From assembly GCF_000711695.1 (NCBI RefSeq), contig NW_013547016.1, forward strand, positions 62,001-126,000: a stretch of 64,000 nt of DNA. Direction: 5' to 3'. Below are positions 48,161-61,501 of the stretch, one piece after another. Source of the DNA: Tilletiaria anomala UBC 951 (taxonomy: Eukaryota). The stretch's first letter is position 1; every line of letters begins with the position of its first letter. A program made the position numbers and the translations under genes. A model generated the notes under the pieces. The model was not told where the DNA came from. It made no database searches and saw only the letters and a list, made by a program, of their open reading frames with translations.

Positions 48161-51100
48161 ATGTCAAGCATGTCAAACGAGGCGGGCGTCGCGCCAGATG
48201 GAGGCGAGGCCGGTGCGTCTGTCAGGAAGCGCGCAGCAATCACCGTTGACGTTTCTTCGTCGAGCTTGCAGCATTTGCATCAGCAGCATGCTATGCGAAG
48301 TGGAGGGAAGAACAGAGATCCAGCCAGTACCGGTGATGGTAGCTTTGATGGAGACATGTCTACTCCACGTAGAGCAAAGCTGGAAGTCGATCCTGCAGAA
48401 GGCACGAGCACGCCCAGGTCAGCGGCTGCTCCACTTGGAGGCGACTCTCAGGCCTCAAATACGGGAAAGCAGGAAGATGGACAGGTCGAATTATGCGTCT
48501 CTCCCATATGTGAATTTCCGATAGCCGACGCCGCGTTTGCGCAGTGGAAGGCGCAGGAGACCCCATACTCTCATGATCAACAGCAATTTACGCAACCACC
48601 AATTCTGATCAGCGATTCACCCTCGGGGTCACCCCTGGAGACGGAGGCACCCGCGCTGCCAAATTACAGCAGAGGTGCTGATCGATCTCGGATGCGAGGG
48701 ATGCAGCGTAATGTTTCTTCGAGGACAAATGCAGCGGAAGCGGTTCAATCACAGAGCACTAGCGTGCAACTGTCTGCATCGCCAACTCCATCATCTTCGA
48801 GGGAAATGTCACGCACAAGTTCGGCAGTATCGCTGTCGAATGTCAGACAACGGGGCATGGAATCACAAGTCGTTTCAGAAGACGAGTCAGAGTCGGCAGA
48901 GGCTATGGCTTTTACTTTTGCATCAGGCAAGGCCAGTGCACAGTACTGCAGTCGGTCTGGTGCTTTCGACCAATGCAGCTTGCCGAACCAAAACATCCAG
49001 AGTAATACTGATTTACCAACCAAGTCAAAGAACACGGATCATGCGCAAGGCGCTGACGGAGGCGTTGCTGCGGACACCAAGCAAGGATGCACGGGACAAC
49101 CTTCGTCAGCGTACTCCTTGGCAGGCCCGAGCAGCACTGGAAACTCTATTAACGGGAGCACCTATCGCAGGCCAGGCGCAGGTGCAGGCTCTGACTGTCC
49201 CCAAGAGGTTGCGTCTGCCTCGGGCAGTCAAGCGCCGAGTATGCGCAAGATCAGTAGCGGACGTTCGCACAGCTACAAGGAAACTCTCGATGCTCACAGC
49301 AAAGATATGAGGGATGGCAGTCGGATTATCAATCAATACAAGATCCTCGAGGTGATCGGGCAAGGAGCATACGGAACGGTGCATCGTGCTGTGATGATGA
49401 ATGAAGAAAATGAAGAAGTTGTGAGTTGCTCTTCACTCTGACAACTGACCTCTGGCACATTGGCATGTTGTCTAGCTATAAATTTACTCACCATGGCATA
49501 TTTTCTTATGTTAAGGCGGTGAAGGAGTTCAGCAAGATACGATTACGGAAAACGCATCGTGCTGCCAACATGTCCCGGCGCCCGATGCAAGCGCAGCGAG
49601 GTCAAGGACGGAAATCCCAAGGACCGGCGCCGGGCTTCCGTCTTGAGCCACTTCAGCAGCGGCAAGTTAGCAGTCATGAGGTCAGCCGCAGCTCAAGCTC
49701 TCAGACGGAAGTGAATCAAGGTGGTGGAGATGAGGGCAGACGAAGCGATGTCGCTGAGCCGGAAGGGTTGGAGCGCGAGCAGCGCGAAGAAAGCAAAGAC
49801 CCGCTGCATTTCATCCGACACGAGCTTGCTATCCTCAAGAAGCTGCACCATCTTCACGTCGTGAAGCTGTATGAAGTGCTGGACGATCCGACTGGCGAAA
49901 GCCTATATATCGTGTTCGAGTACTTACCGTGAGTGAAAGACTCGAGCGCCGCTGGAGCTACGAGGCGCCGCGATTGACCATCGCCTTGTTGATTTCGCAA
50001 CTTGCAGCGGCGGCCGAGTCATCGATATCCGGCTCCACGAGCAAGTCGAACCTCTCAGGGAGGACACAGCACGTGAATACATGCGGCAGATTGCCCTCGG
50101 CATCGAGTACCTGCACCACAACGAGATCGTCCACAGAGATATCAAGCCGGACAACATCTTGCTCTCCAAGGACCGCAAGGTCAGCAAGATCGTCGATTTC
50201 GGCGTCAGCCAAATGTTCATCGAGCCTGGCGACGACCGTGTTCGGAAGAGCGTGGGTAGCCCGGCATTTATGAGCCCCGAGCTGTGCACAGCGGGGCATG
50301 GTGATTATCACGGCAAGGCAGATGACATGTGGTCGTTCGGCGTCACATTTTACTGCATGGTCGCTGGCCGTCTGCCGTTCGACGAGTCCCAATTCCTCGA
50401 CCTCTATCGCGCCATCCGAGAGGACGAGCCGGAGTACCCGTCACATCTGTCCGATGGCTGCAAGGATGTCCTGAAGAAGCTGCTCTGCAAGGATCCAAAA
50501 AAGCGAATGACTACGGATGAACTGCGCGAGCATCCCTGGGTCACATGTGACGGCACTCTTCCCATGCTGGGCAAAGAGGAGAACCTGGCGGATGTCGTCG
50601 AGGAGATTACGGAGGAGGATGTCGAGAAGGCCATCGCCACGATGAGCGGAGTCTTTGCCGTCGCGCGCGCTATCACCAAGTTCAAGCGTTCCAGCGCTTC
50701 GAGGCGTGCGAGCAGCATGGCCAGTACGGCAAGCAGCGAAGGCAGGAGCACGTCGGACAAATGGAGCGAAGAAAAGCTAAATTCGGCTGGGGGTACGCCG
50801 ATGCGATCGAACCCGAGCCAGGCTACCAGCTTGCAAGACGCAGCTGAGAACGTAGCACAGATGCTTATGCCGAATGAGGAGCCCAAATCGGAGGCAGCTC
50901 AAGAGCATGACGCCATAGGCAGCGAGGTCCTGCCGCTCAAGGGCCTCCTGGACAATGCGAGATTCACCATGTCGCCCTCGGCGTCGTCGGAAGGCGGCTT
51001 TCTACACAACCAAGAGGTTGAGCAGGGCGGTGCAAGCAAGCGCACGGGAAGCATCGTCAGTCTCGTTTCCGAAGGAGGTCACGGCGGCGAAAGTAGCAAT

Positions 51101-52075
51101 ATTGCGGCAGAAAATGCTTGTAGCGCGGCGGCGGTTGCGATCAGCATGCTGCGGCCCAATGCACTTCGAAAGGACAGCAGCAACAACATTTTTTGGTCCG
51201 GCACGTCCGCGAGCGCCGATGCTCTCTTTCATTCCAGCGTCAGTCCCACGGCCACGGCCACGTCGTCGACGTCGGCGGCGGCGAGCGAGGCCGGCTTTGC
51301 TGGCGGGAACTGGCAGGCGCGAGGTTCGGATGAGAGCCCGAGCAGCAGCGGCGGCGGCCCGATCGGCGCAGCGCTGTTCGAGGTCAAGCCCAAGGTCGCA
51401 GCGGTCGAAGAGGCTGGGCGTTTCGAGCGACGGCACCAGCAACTCCTGCCCTTCGAACTGGCCGGCGGAGAGCACGAGAGCGATGACGAGACCGCGGCCG
51501 CGGCCGAAGTCAAGGTGGGCGGCGCCGCGCCACACGGGGATGCAGCTGCGCTAGGCGAGGTCAGGATGAAGCGGGGCCGCAACGGGTTGGACGAGCTGCC
51601 CCCGGCGCGCGGTCAGTTCCAGACGATCGCCTCGGCCTTGCATGGTGTTCACGAGCAGGGGAAGGCAGACAAGTCACAAGCTTCGGTCACGGATGCGGCT
51701 GAGTGCGCGCTGAAGGCTGCCGCGGCGGAGCATAGTCGGCGGAGCGAGTGCAAACGGGACGAAGAACGGGCAAAAGAGCTGGAGCAGCAGGCGCGGCAGC
51801 AGGCGAAGCAGTGGGACGATGCCGGCCACGCGCCGCAAGCGGAAGACGTTTACAGCACGACCGGGGGGCTTTCGGCTTTGGGGCTGGTACAGCCACTGTC
51901 ACGCTCACATCCTCATTCAAGAGAGAAGGGCGACAGCGTAGACGGGACCATTACGGTCGGCCGCGGACGGCCGCGCATCCTGGACGGCCCACTGGTGCAG
52001 TCGCCGTCGGTGACGAAGATGAAGACACCCGAAGGCGCTTCGGAGTACTACAAGGGCAAGCCAGAGGGGCTCTAG
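48161..52075 (+). CDS. CaMKK-family (Ssp1/Sak1-like) Ser/Thr kinase. Exons 48161-49420, 49516-49928, 50008-52075
   Basis: Motifs INQYKILEVIGQGAYGTV, AVKEFSK, LYEVLDDP, YLHHNEIVHRDIKPDNILL, DFGVS, GSPAFMSPE and DMWSFGVT. There is a kinase insert after subdomain II. Confidence 0.92.
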
Positions 52076-52616
52076 TTGCGTGCTGTGCCGCCGCAGCCGC
52101 TGGATGCGAACCAGCCAGCTCGATGGCGAAGACTAAACCAAAACGAGGCGGCGTCGGTGGCTGCTTCAGCGGGGACGAGGATGATGATATCGGCCTCGCC
52201 GCTTAGTAGCAGCGGAATGCGAGAGACAGGGATGCACTGCAGCGACCGAGGGCAGGGCGACTACTTTTTCCAGACTGTGGACCATATCAGAACGCAAGAG
52301 CAGTTGCGGCCACGGGAGCAGGAGCGGTAGCCATAGCCATCCGCACTTGACCGACAATTTAGGAAGTACACAAGCAAGAGAGAGAGAGAGAAACCAATTG
52401 AAGGACCGACCCGGACTCGGGACGAGAATGTGGCTCTTGGGTATTGGACAGACGGGCGCAAAGGGGACGGCCTGCCGAACTGGAGCCCTCGCGTTTTCCT
52501 TGCCAGCGCTGGGTCGGATTTCGACGGGATACGGGGGTATGACGATTACGTGTGGCTGGATACACGCACATATATCGCACCATCCCTTGGTATGTACGGT
52601 ATGTACACTGTAAAGT

Positions 52617-52637
52617 ACACACACACACACACACACA

Positions 52638-52662
<25 letters not shown>
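52617..52662 (+). repeat. Compound (AC)n(TC)n microsatellite
   Basis: About 11 AC units followed directly by about 12 TC units. Confidence 0.95.
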
Positions 52663-52668
<6 letters not shown>

Positions 52669-53218
52669 CGTTGCCCCTCTTCCCGGCGTCGCGGGCAGCG
52701 GGGATGGTATGCGGCGAGAGATCTGGGCTTTTGACTAAGTGAAGCCCCGTAGTGCGGGGGACCGTGCGGCAGAGATGTGCATCAGCTGCTGAGCAGGACG
52801 CATGCATACCTTTCCTCACAGCTGCGCGTCTTATAAAGGTGGACGACGGGGTCCGGATGGCCAACGAGGGCGGGGACCCCGGCCGCCAAGTTGTGGGGAC
52901 AGTTTGGAAGGGGCCGTGTGAACTGTGAGCTTGGCGGCACGATGGGGGTGGGACGCTGATTTGACGAGTCGATCCATCCATCATCTCCACAATCCGGCCA
53001 GCAGAGATCCATCCCTGGCTATAACCAACTCTATTAGAATCTGGCGTCCCCTCGCAAACGTCCTGGGCCATAAACGACTGTAAGTGGTGGGGTAAGGGGG
53101 GGGATATTGGGGGGTCGGCGACTTGTCGGCGACTTTTCTTGCGCCTGCGCCACAGTCCCCAGTTTAGATGGGAGCCGGAAAGAGGAGGCAAGGTTATGTG
53201 AAACGGTGTGGTTGCGAG

Positions 53219-53392
53219 CACGTGCAGGCTGGTGCGGTGAGCCTACATACATGGCAGATAGGGAGACAGAGAGGCGCGACGTGGGGATGGGGAGGGGCAC
53301 GTGCCCCAGTGCCGCTCATTGCTTTTAGGAGGGGCGCACGTTCACAAGAGCAACACACCGATAGCTATCTAGCTTGGCAACAACACCACGTA
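53219..53392. promoter_or_regulatory. Cluster of bHLH (Pho4-type) E-box-like sites upstream of the GT4 gene
   Basis: CACGTG at 53219 and 53298 (the second inside the palindrome GGGGCACGTGCCCC), CACGTT at 53337, GACGTG at 53278 and CACGTA at 53387. Confidence 0.5.
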
Positions 53393-53932
53393 CCACCGCC
53401 ACCTCGAGCAGCAGATGGCAGGGAGACTGCTAGATGGACATTCAGTGCATTTGTGGGTAGCATCGGCTTGCATTGTACTGTATTGTATTGCAGCCAGCCT
53501 GCGTCGCACTCGCACACACGCACGCGCACACACGCCCCCCAGACATTTGGCTGGACAATGACATGCGCTGCCCCGACAGAGCTGTTGACCATATCACCCT
53601 GGCCCGTGCTCTCGATCCGTTTTCGGCGTGCTCTCTCTCTCTCCTTCCTATCTCTGCACGCGAAACGCCATCGCTCGGCTCTTTCTCAACCTCATCGCTC
53701 CCTTCGCATTACACTAAAAACTCATCTCCTTGTTTCGTCTTTGTAACCAGCTGCCAGCGCCATCCAACCAGGCTCGAATCGATCGCAAAACCAAACGAGA
53801 CGCGAGGAGGCACCGAGCGACACCCCTCGCTCCTGCACCGCAGTACAACCTGCCACGACTGCCGTCGCGCTCTCCCAAGCTCAGCGCAGCCGCGCCACCG
53901 TGCCGTGCGGTAAGCAGAGCGGTCACAGCACC

Positions 53933-56384
53933 ATGAGCCAGTACATGTCAGCTACATCGCCGTCGTCGCTGCTTGCCTCGGCAGCAGCAGTCGCCCACGA
54001 GCCGGGGGCGACGGCTGCGCATTGTCAGCAAGCAACGGCAGCAGCAGCAACAGCGCAGGTCCCAGCACAGCCGCCGCCGCAGTCGGCCGCATCGTGGCCG
54101 GCGGACATCAAGCGCAAGACGCTGCGCGTCGCCATCGTCACGGAAAATTTTTTGCCAAAGGTGGACGGCGTGACGAGGACGCTGGCACGGCTTCTGGAGC
54201 ACCTCAACGCCGAGGGCCATGAGGCCCTCGTCTGTGGGCCCGAGACGGGGATGGTAAGCCGTCATGCTTGCTTGATTTTCGTCAAACGGCGCGGCTGACG
54301 TGCCTCCCTCTGCACTGCTGCGGCATGCCAGACACACTACGCCGGGCATGCGGTCGTCGGCACATTCGGCCTGCCGCTGATCATCTACCCGGGGCTGAAA
54401 CTGAACTTTATGCGCCCGCGCTTCATCCGGCGTCTGCAGCAGTTTCAGCCGGACGTCGTGCACTTTGTCGACCCCATCTTCCTCGGCGCGCAGTTGCTAC
54501 CGTGCGTGCAACGGTGGCTGCCGCATGTCCCGTGCGTCGCATCGTACCACACCAACCTGCCAACGTACGCCACCCTGTTCGGCCTCCCCTGGCTCGAGCC
54601 CGCCATGTGGCGCCTGACGCGCAGCCTGCACGACCGCTGCGAGATGACGTTCTGCCCCAGCGAGAGCACGAGGCGCATGCTTCGCGCCAAAGGCTTCAAA
54701 AACGTGCAGATTTGGAGCAGGGGCGTCGACACGGATATTTTCAATGTGAGTGCCTCCACCTCGCGCGCGCCCACAAGTAAGCAAGCAGCTCGTGACGTGC
54801 GCCACCACGCTCACTCTCACACTCTCTTCCTCTTCCTCTATTCCTGCTCCCTTCTCCCATCAGCCCCAAGCACGCGACGAGAACCTGCGCGCAAGCTGGG
54901 GCTGCACGCCCAAGCCCGAAGCGCTGCAGATGCCTCTCACGCCGTCTGTCGTGCCCAGCAAGGCTGACCACAACGGCAGCGGGCGCAGCCTTCACCCCGC
55001 CGCAGACGGCCACAGCGCTTCCTCTAGTGGCAGCAGCATCGACGACTCGTTCATTTGCACTCCGCCCTCCTCGACCGTCTGGCAACACTCCGGCCCCGGC
55101 ATCGGCGCCAAACGCGGCACCGTTGCGTTCCTCGGTGGCATCGGCGCCTGTCCTGAAATGAGCCCGCCGCCCGCATACGATAGCCTCGCGGGTATCCCCG
55201 AGCTTCCGCTCGGTACCATCGCCAACTTTGCACTCCCCCCGCCTGCCGTCTGCTTCCCGGCCCAGCAGCATGCGACATACGCCTCTTCCCTCGCCGCTCT
55301 CGAGGACAAGCTCCATCTCGCCTCAGCCGCCGCTTTAGCCGAATCTGAAAGCGCCACCGCCACCGCTGCCGAAAGCAGCCGCACGGTGATCCTGTACGTC
55401 GGACGCATCTCGTGGGAGAAAAACCTGCGCCTGCTCATCGAGGCGTTCCGCCTGCTGCCCTCGTCCGTACGCGAGTGCGCTAAGCTCGTTTTTGTCGGCG
55501 ATGGCCCCGCACGCGCGGAGCTGACGCGCCTTTGCGACAGGCTCGGCCTGGACGCTAGCTTCATGGGCCACCAGAAGGGCAAGCGCCTCGCGGCCATGTA
55601 CGCCAGCAGCAGCGTCTTTGCGTTCCCCAGCTTCACCGAGACGTTCGGACAGGTCGTCCTCGAAGCGCTCGCTAGTGGCCTTCCTGTCGTTGGCCTCCAT
55701 GCAGAAGGAACCAGCGACCTCGTCTGTCACGGCAAGTCCGGCCTGTTGCTCGACATCAATACTGCCAGCAGCAGCAGCAACATCAATAACACGAGTGCCA
55801 GCCCAGCGGAAGCCCTCCTGCCTTCTTCTACTTCGTTGTCGTCGTCGTCGATACACAGGGCGAGCCCTTCGAGCCAAGACTCGGCGACCAGCTTTGCGGA
55901 CGCGGCGAACGAAGCGAGCGACAGGCTCAGCAGCCCACCGCGTCCTCGGCAGCAGCAGCAGCGCTTCACCGCAGCGTCCGGAACAGGAGTGCAAAGCCGG
56001 CCGATCCCTTCGGTCTTCGATTTCGCGCACGCCATGTCACCGAACAACGCGGGCGCATTCACTGCCTGCGCCAAGTCGTACAGCATGCTCCTCGAGCGCC
56101 TCATCCTCAACCGACCGCTGCGCGCCGCGATGGGCCAACGCGCGCTGCAGTACGCGTCTCGCAAGACCTGGTGGGACGCCATGGACGCCGTTGTCGTCAA
56201 CTACGAAACGGTCGTCCGCAGCCACAGCCCCGCGCGCAGCCTTGACCTCGACGCCGAGCAGCTCGATGCACTCAGGAAGAATCAGATCCTCACGGTCAAG
56301 CCTGCGCTCACCGGCCCGTGGACCAAGTTATTCATCGCGCTCTACATTGCCTTTTTCGCTTTCCTTTTCGCGTACCTCTGGTGA
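53933..56384 (+). CDS. GT4 glycosyltransferase of the SQD2/MgtA/PimB-like subgroup with a C-terminal TM anchor. Exons 53933-54253, 54332-54745, 54864-56384
   Basis: Motifs LRVAIVTENFLPKVDGVTRTL, SYHTNLPTY, WSRGVD, YVGRISWEKN, FVGDGPAR and FPSFTETFGQVVLEALASGLPVV. Hydrophobic C-terminus. Confidence 0.92.
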
Positions 56385-57099
56385 GCCTGAGCGCAGCACC
56401 CCGCACGCATGTGTGTGCACATGCTTCTGGGCCAGCGCAGCTATCAAAAAAAACGATCCAGTCGTCTGTCGCAGTCCACGCCACCGCCGCCCATATGAGG
56501 ACAGTGAAGCATTGCAGCAGACCGCCTCGCCTCTGATGTCACGGTAACGACAAAAAAATACCGAAGAAAGTCCTCTTATCCCACATACAATCTGTAACCC
56601 TTTGTCTTGCATATGCTTCACCTTTTTAGAACTCCATCCATACCACATTCCAGTTTAATAAATTGCTATATTTCATGCCTAAATACCTACACGGCTTATA
56701 GTTGCGGGTCTATGGATTCTTTGTGCGATTGGCGGTTCAGACGCCGATAGGACAAGATATTGGAACGGTGCGCTTCAAATGCGCCGCATAGCTGGTGCCC
56801 AAGCCCCCAGCTGCGGAAGCGTCATGTCTGAATCGATCCATGTCCAAGGCTGCTGCTGCTGTTACTGGGAGACTGGAGCGCCCGCCAAGAGAGAATCAGT
56901 TGACATGCCCGGACGCAGTTGCGAGTGGCCAACTCAAAGATCTCGGCGTAGCACGTTGGTTGGATGAGTCTGACTGGGACGTCCGAATCGCGTCTTTCTA
57001 CCGTACCAAATGATCATACCTTAGCCTCATGCTCATCAGTGGGCTTTGCTGATACGGTCCGCCCCGTCATTGCCCCAACCTGCATCCTTGACCGGAGTA

Positions 57100-58196
57100 C
57101 GTTGAGGATATGGCAAGCGAACCCTCCCGGGTTAGTGAACATCAAACAACTCGAGACGGTCCAAAACCTATTGATACCACATGACAGATTTAAGAGCCGG
57201 CCTATACCTTTTATCCTGCAAGCGCACGCAGCGTATCGGATGGAATTGAAGATGAGGCAGGAGAAAGGTAGTTAGGAGATGCTGGGATAAGCCTGAACCC
57301 GAACCCAAACATGATGAAGGGTGAACCTGGGGCGACGGCAAAAGGATGCTTTGGTCAACACATCTTCTACTCGGCATTGCACACACTCTCTTGTCTTTCT
57401 CTTTAGGGCTGGCCCTTCTCCCTTACGTCCCCTTCTTGCTATCAAGAGGCCTCAGTAACAGTCGTGGCTCGTGTATATTGGTTGAAATGGGCCTCATCTA
57501 GTTGGTCGTGACTGGCTCAGCTCAGCGCTGCATGAAATCCAGTGGATAGACAGTGTTTTTGCAGTCCATGAGTTGAATGCAGGCAAGATATGAGGGACAA
57601 TGCTCGGGGTGTTGAATGCAACCGCGGGACACGTAAAGCTAAGCCATTGCCAACGATCTAAGAAGCTCCCCAGAGCGCACTTGGTCGGCGCATCGGATGG
57701 TGGCGCACGGAAGCCAGGCATGACATCGTTGAGTCTGTCAGGCCTTGAAGGATCTGTCGAATGGAGACCGTTTTGTAGATTTTTGGAAAAGGGAGCTCCG
57801 AGGGCTCCCACATCACCATCGAAGGTCTTCTACATCGCCTGTTTTATGTGAACCGAAGGTTTGAATGTCTCGTAGAAAGTCCGCGGTTTGGTATCAATTT
57901 GACTAGTGCTGGCTGGGGTTTCGTCCGTCAGGACTCCGAAATGGGAGGGAAAGCGCTGAGCCTTGGTGTTGAGCATTTTTAGAACTCTACAAGCAGACGT
58001 GAATGGCTTCATACAATGGAAGGATTAAGTCGCCGCCGGGGACCTTACTTCCTGGAGCATGTAGAGACAAGAGTACGGCGCCGTCGTTCTTCCAGCGTGG
58101 TACGAGGCTTGACCGGGCCTGCCACATGATGTGCCAAATTGACCGCTGCATCTGTGACGGATGAACTAGCTCATTTGGGCGTTGTATCGTATGCAA
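57100..58196 (-). pseudogene. Possible decayed gene of unknown family
   Basis: ORFs 58012-57830 and 57811-57494 are in the same frame, separated by a single TAG, and more broken frames flank them. No family recognised. Confidence 0.25.
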
Positions 58197-58610
58197 TCTG
58201 GGGGTCAGACACCTGGTGCCCTGTAAAGTAACGAGAGAGTGGAGTACTCGAGGTGTTGTGCAAGTCTCTGCCCAACGTGGGATGAGCTACGTTCTGCAGG
58301 CTGCGGATTTGGTTTGAACGGCCAGCGATGCTTGGATTTACGATTTCTGACTGCTAGAGGACTGCAGGTTTACCCTACCACCAGGTTGTGACGCAGTTTC
58401 TGTAAAACCAGATACGTTTCTGTGCCAGCTCATGTTCTGGCAATCAGGCTGGAGAGTCGGCCGTTCCCCTCCGTGCGCTTCCGCAAGACTCTCTCTGTCG
58501 GGCCTGCACCTCAAAGAAGACACCTCCTCGACGTTCTACAGATCTGTCTTAAGCAGGCTCAAGGGCATCTGAACAGACATCACTTCAGATCTGCACTCAA
58601 CCGAAACATC

Positions 58611-59662
58611 ATGTCGGCCCGCTTCGTTGCTCGCTCTCTTGCTCAGGTGAGTAAGACCAGCGCTACGACTCGTCGCCGAAGTTCTACTGGCTGCGTCCGT
58701 TCTTCCGACGATGGACCACCATCGCTGACTCGAACTTTGTTTCTGTAGGGTGCAACCCGTGGCTATGCTAGCCAGGCTAGCATCAAGCCGCCGCTGACGC
58801 TCAACGGCCTCCCTGGTAAGCTCGAATGGAAGACTCCTGGCCTGTGCAGAGGAAAATCCAGTTTGCTGACACGATGCGAATCCGCGGTTGCTTGCATGGC
58901 CTGCAGGCAAGTATGCCTCCTCGGCCTACGTTGCTGCTCTTAGCAAAGACGCCAGGACGTTGCAGAAGGTCGAGACAGACCTCAAGGCCATTCAGACCAC
59001 TCTTGCGGGCTCCCAAGGGTCCAAGCTGGAGGCTGTCATCACCAACCCAACCCTCAGCGTCCAGGACAGGATCAAAACCTTGGACCAGGTCTTTAGCGAA
59101 AGCAAGGAGAAGCCGGATCCGATCACTCAGTCAGTTGGCGAGATATGAAGACCTTGTCCCACTTTGGCGAGCTAACTGACTGCTCTCACTACGCGACGAC
59201 GCCAACAGCAACCTGCTCTCGGTGCTTGCCGAGAATGGCCGATTGGCCGACACGCCCAAGGTAATTCAGGGCTTCCTACAGCTCATGAACGCATACAGGG
59301 GCGAAGTAGAGGTCACTGTTACCAGCGCGACTGTGAGTATGCATTTCGTCTCGCCTGGAGCCTCCCATCACTTTCACTTCTGTTTCGATCGGCAGGAAGC
59401 AAGTTTGTCCGTTTGCTGACTGCGTGTCGAACATCTTGCCATTTGTCAGCCTCTCGACAAGTATGCATTCTCGCGTCTTGAGAGCGCCCTTAAGTCATCG
59501 CAAATCGCTCAGAACGGCGGCGGAAAGACCCTTAAGATCACCCAGAAGGTCAACCCAAGCATCCAGGGCGGCCTGGTCGTTGACTTTGGCGACTCTTCTA
59601 TTGACCTCAGCGTTTCAAACCGCGTCAACCAGCTGAACAACATGCTCGCGCAAGGCGTTTAA
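58611..59662 (+). CDS. ATP5: Mitochondrial ATP synthase OSCP subunit, 5 exons
   Basis: Presequence MSARFVARSLAQ, then IKPPLTLNGLPGKYASSAY, NPTLS, NLLSVLAENGRL, EVTVTSA, KVNPSIQGGLVVDFGD and IDLSV. Confidence 0.95.
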
Positions 59663-60068
59663 GCGCGGAGAGAAAAGACAATTAAGCATCCCTGTGAAGC
59701 AGAGGGGGCCACGACCTTTCGGCTGGCTGTGTCGTTCCATGTACTACACTTGAATAGAGAAGAATGACCAGGCGATGTGCAGAACCTTGAGAGAACCTTC
59801 TGCTTGTTCGTAGGCAAACTTCTTGCGCATAGTTAAATTCATCTGAATCGCCGAGATCGCCGGCTAAACTGAGATCCGGTCGGCTTCAACTTCGGCTTGT
59901 TGAATATCGAACGTCAAATATCCAAAGCATCACTTCCGCACTATATATACGTCCTTGTACATCTCTTCATACCAGGTGTTTGGGCTTTACTCCTTCATGA
60001 TCTCGTCTGACCAGTCGAAAAACCCTTCTACTTTCTACAAGCATTTGCTCTGACAGGAGCAGAGCAAG

Positions 60069-61501
60069 ATGGCCAAGAAAGGCCATTTGAAGGCTGCACT
60101 GACGAAGCATAACTCAGCGCAGCAGCTGAAGGCTAAGCAGAGGGCAGCTGACGAGGCGAGAGAGCGCAAGCATGCTTCCATCGTGGCAAGCAGCAACGGC
60201 GCCAAAGGCAAGACGGGCCAGGCTGCCAAGAGGGTAAAGCAACAGCAGCACGGCGCGCAAGAAGTGCCAAGCGAAAAGTCGAGTGTCAGTGGCCTGAGTG
60301 CGAAGAAACAAGGGAAGCAGCGTCAAGTCGAGCCTTTTGCTCTGGATGATACGATTCTGCTCGTCGGCGAAGGTGAGACTGCGATTCCTGATCACCATTC
60401 ACTTCTTCCGATGACCCTCAAAACTGACAAACACTTATGTTGAAACTTTTCCCTTGTTATACACACAGGAAACTTCTCCTTCGCTCTTTCCCTTCTATCG
60501 CCCCCGCGCTCGCACCCTCCAGCGCTACTGCTTGCCACGAGCTACGACGACGAGTCGACGTGCTATACCAAATACCCTGACGCCAAGGACATCGTCGCAA
60601 CGATTCGCAAAATCGGCAATCGCGATGATATCGTACGCTTTGGAGTAGATGCTGGCAATCTACAGGCCTGTAAAGCAGTGGTGGGACAAGCTGCCGATAC
60701 CAGAAGAAGATGGAGCAAAATCTATTTTGGCTTCCCGCACGTAGGTCAGTACTGGACCCCGTGGATGCGATGACCACCTTGATCGGGCCAACAGCTGAGA
60801 CGACCATACTGGGTTCCTTTTATTTAGGTGCCGGACACAAAGATGAGATGCGAAATGTACTGGCCAACCAGCTGCTTCTCGCTCGATTCTTCGTCTCTGC
60901 AGCTCCGCTCCTCACACAGGGCCACGAACCAGCGTACGCTCGCGAAGAAAGTAACCGCGGCTCCAAGCGACGAGCTTCGTCTCCATGCGATGAAAGTGAT
61001 GGAGAAGACGCGTCTGTGATCACAGATATCGATTATGCGGATGAGGAGGCAGTGCAGCAACTGCAGCAGGCGCAATCAGCATCGAACGCAACAGGCTTCC
61101 TTCCACCCTCCAGGGCGGGATCGATCCTCATCACGCTGCGTAACGCGCATCCGTACACGCTGTGGGACGTGCCCATGCTCGGCAAGCGCTTGTCGGCCAT
61201 GCTACCAGGCATTGCCGCCACGGCACCTCCGCTGCCCAAAGGTGTCAGGACACCCAAAGTTGCCGACATTGAGAGCGCTAGGGCAAAGTACAGGCTGTGG
61301 AGGAGCTTTGAATTTTTGCCTGGCATGTGGAAGCATTACAGCCATCGCCGGACGATCGGATGGGTCGAGGGGCTGAGCACGTCGGCCAATGAGGACATTC
61401 TTCGGCAGGGCGTCTCAAATAAAGGCCAAGCGCCTGGCAAATCGTCAAAGCATGCGGGCACGGGAGAGTGCCGAACTTGGGAGTTTGGTCTTGTACCCTG
61501 A
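60069..61501 (+). CDS. BMT5: 25S rRNA (uridine-N3) methyltransferase BMT5-like (DUF2431). Exons 60069-60372, 60469-60744, 60828-61501
   Basis: Motifs ILLVGEGNFSFALSL, ATSYD, FGVDA, FGFPHVGAG...RNVLANQ, PYTLWDV and YSHRRTIG. Lys-rich N-terminus. Confidence 0.88.

Noticed and set aside
52166..53221. 351-aa minus-strand ORF
   Set aside because: It runs through a dinucleotide microsatellite (ERERER/VCVCV) and has no protein-like features.
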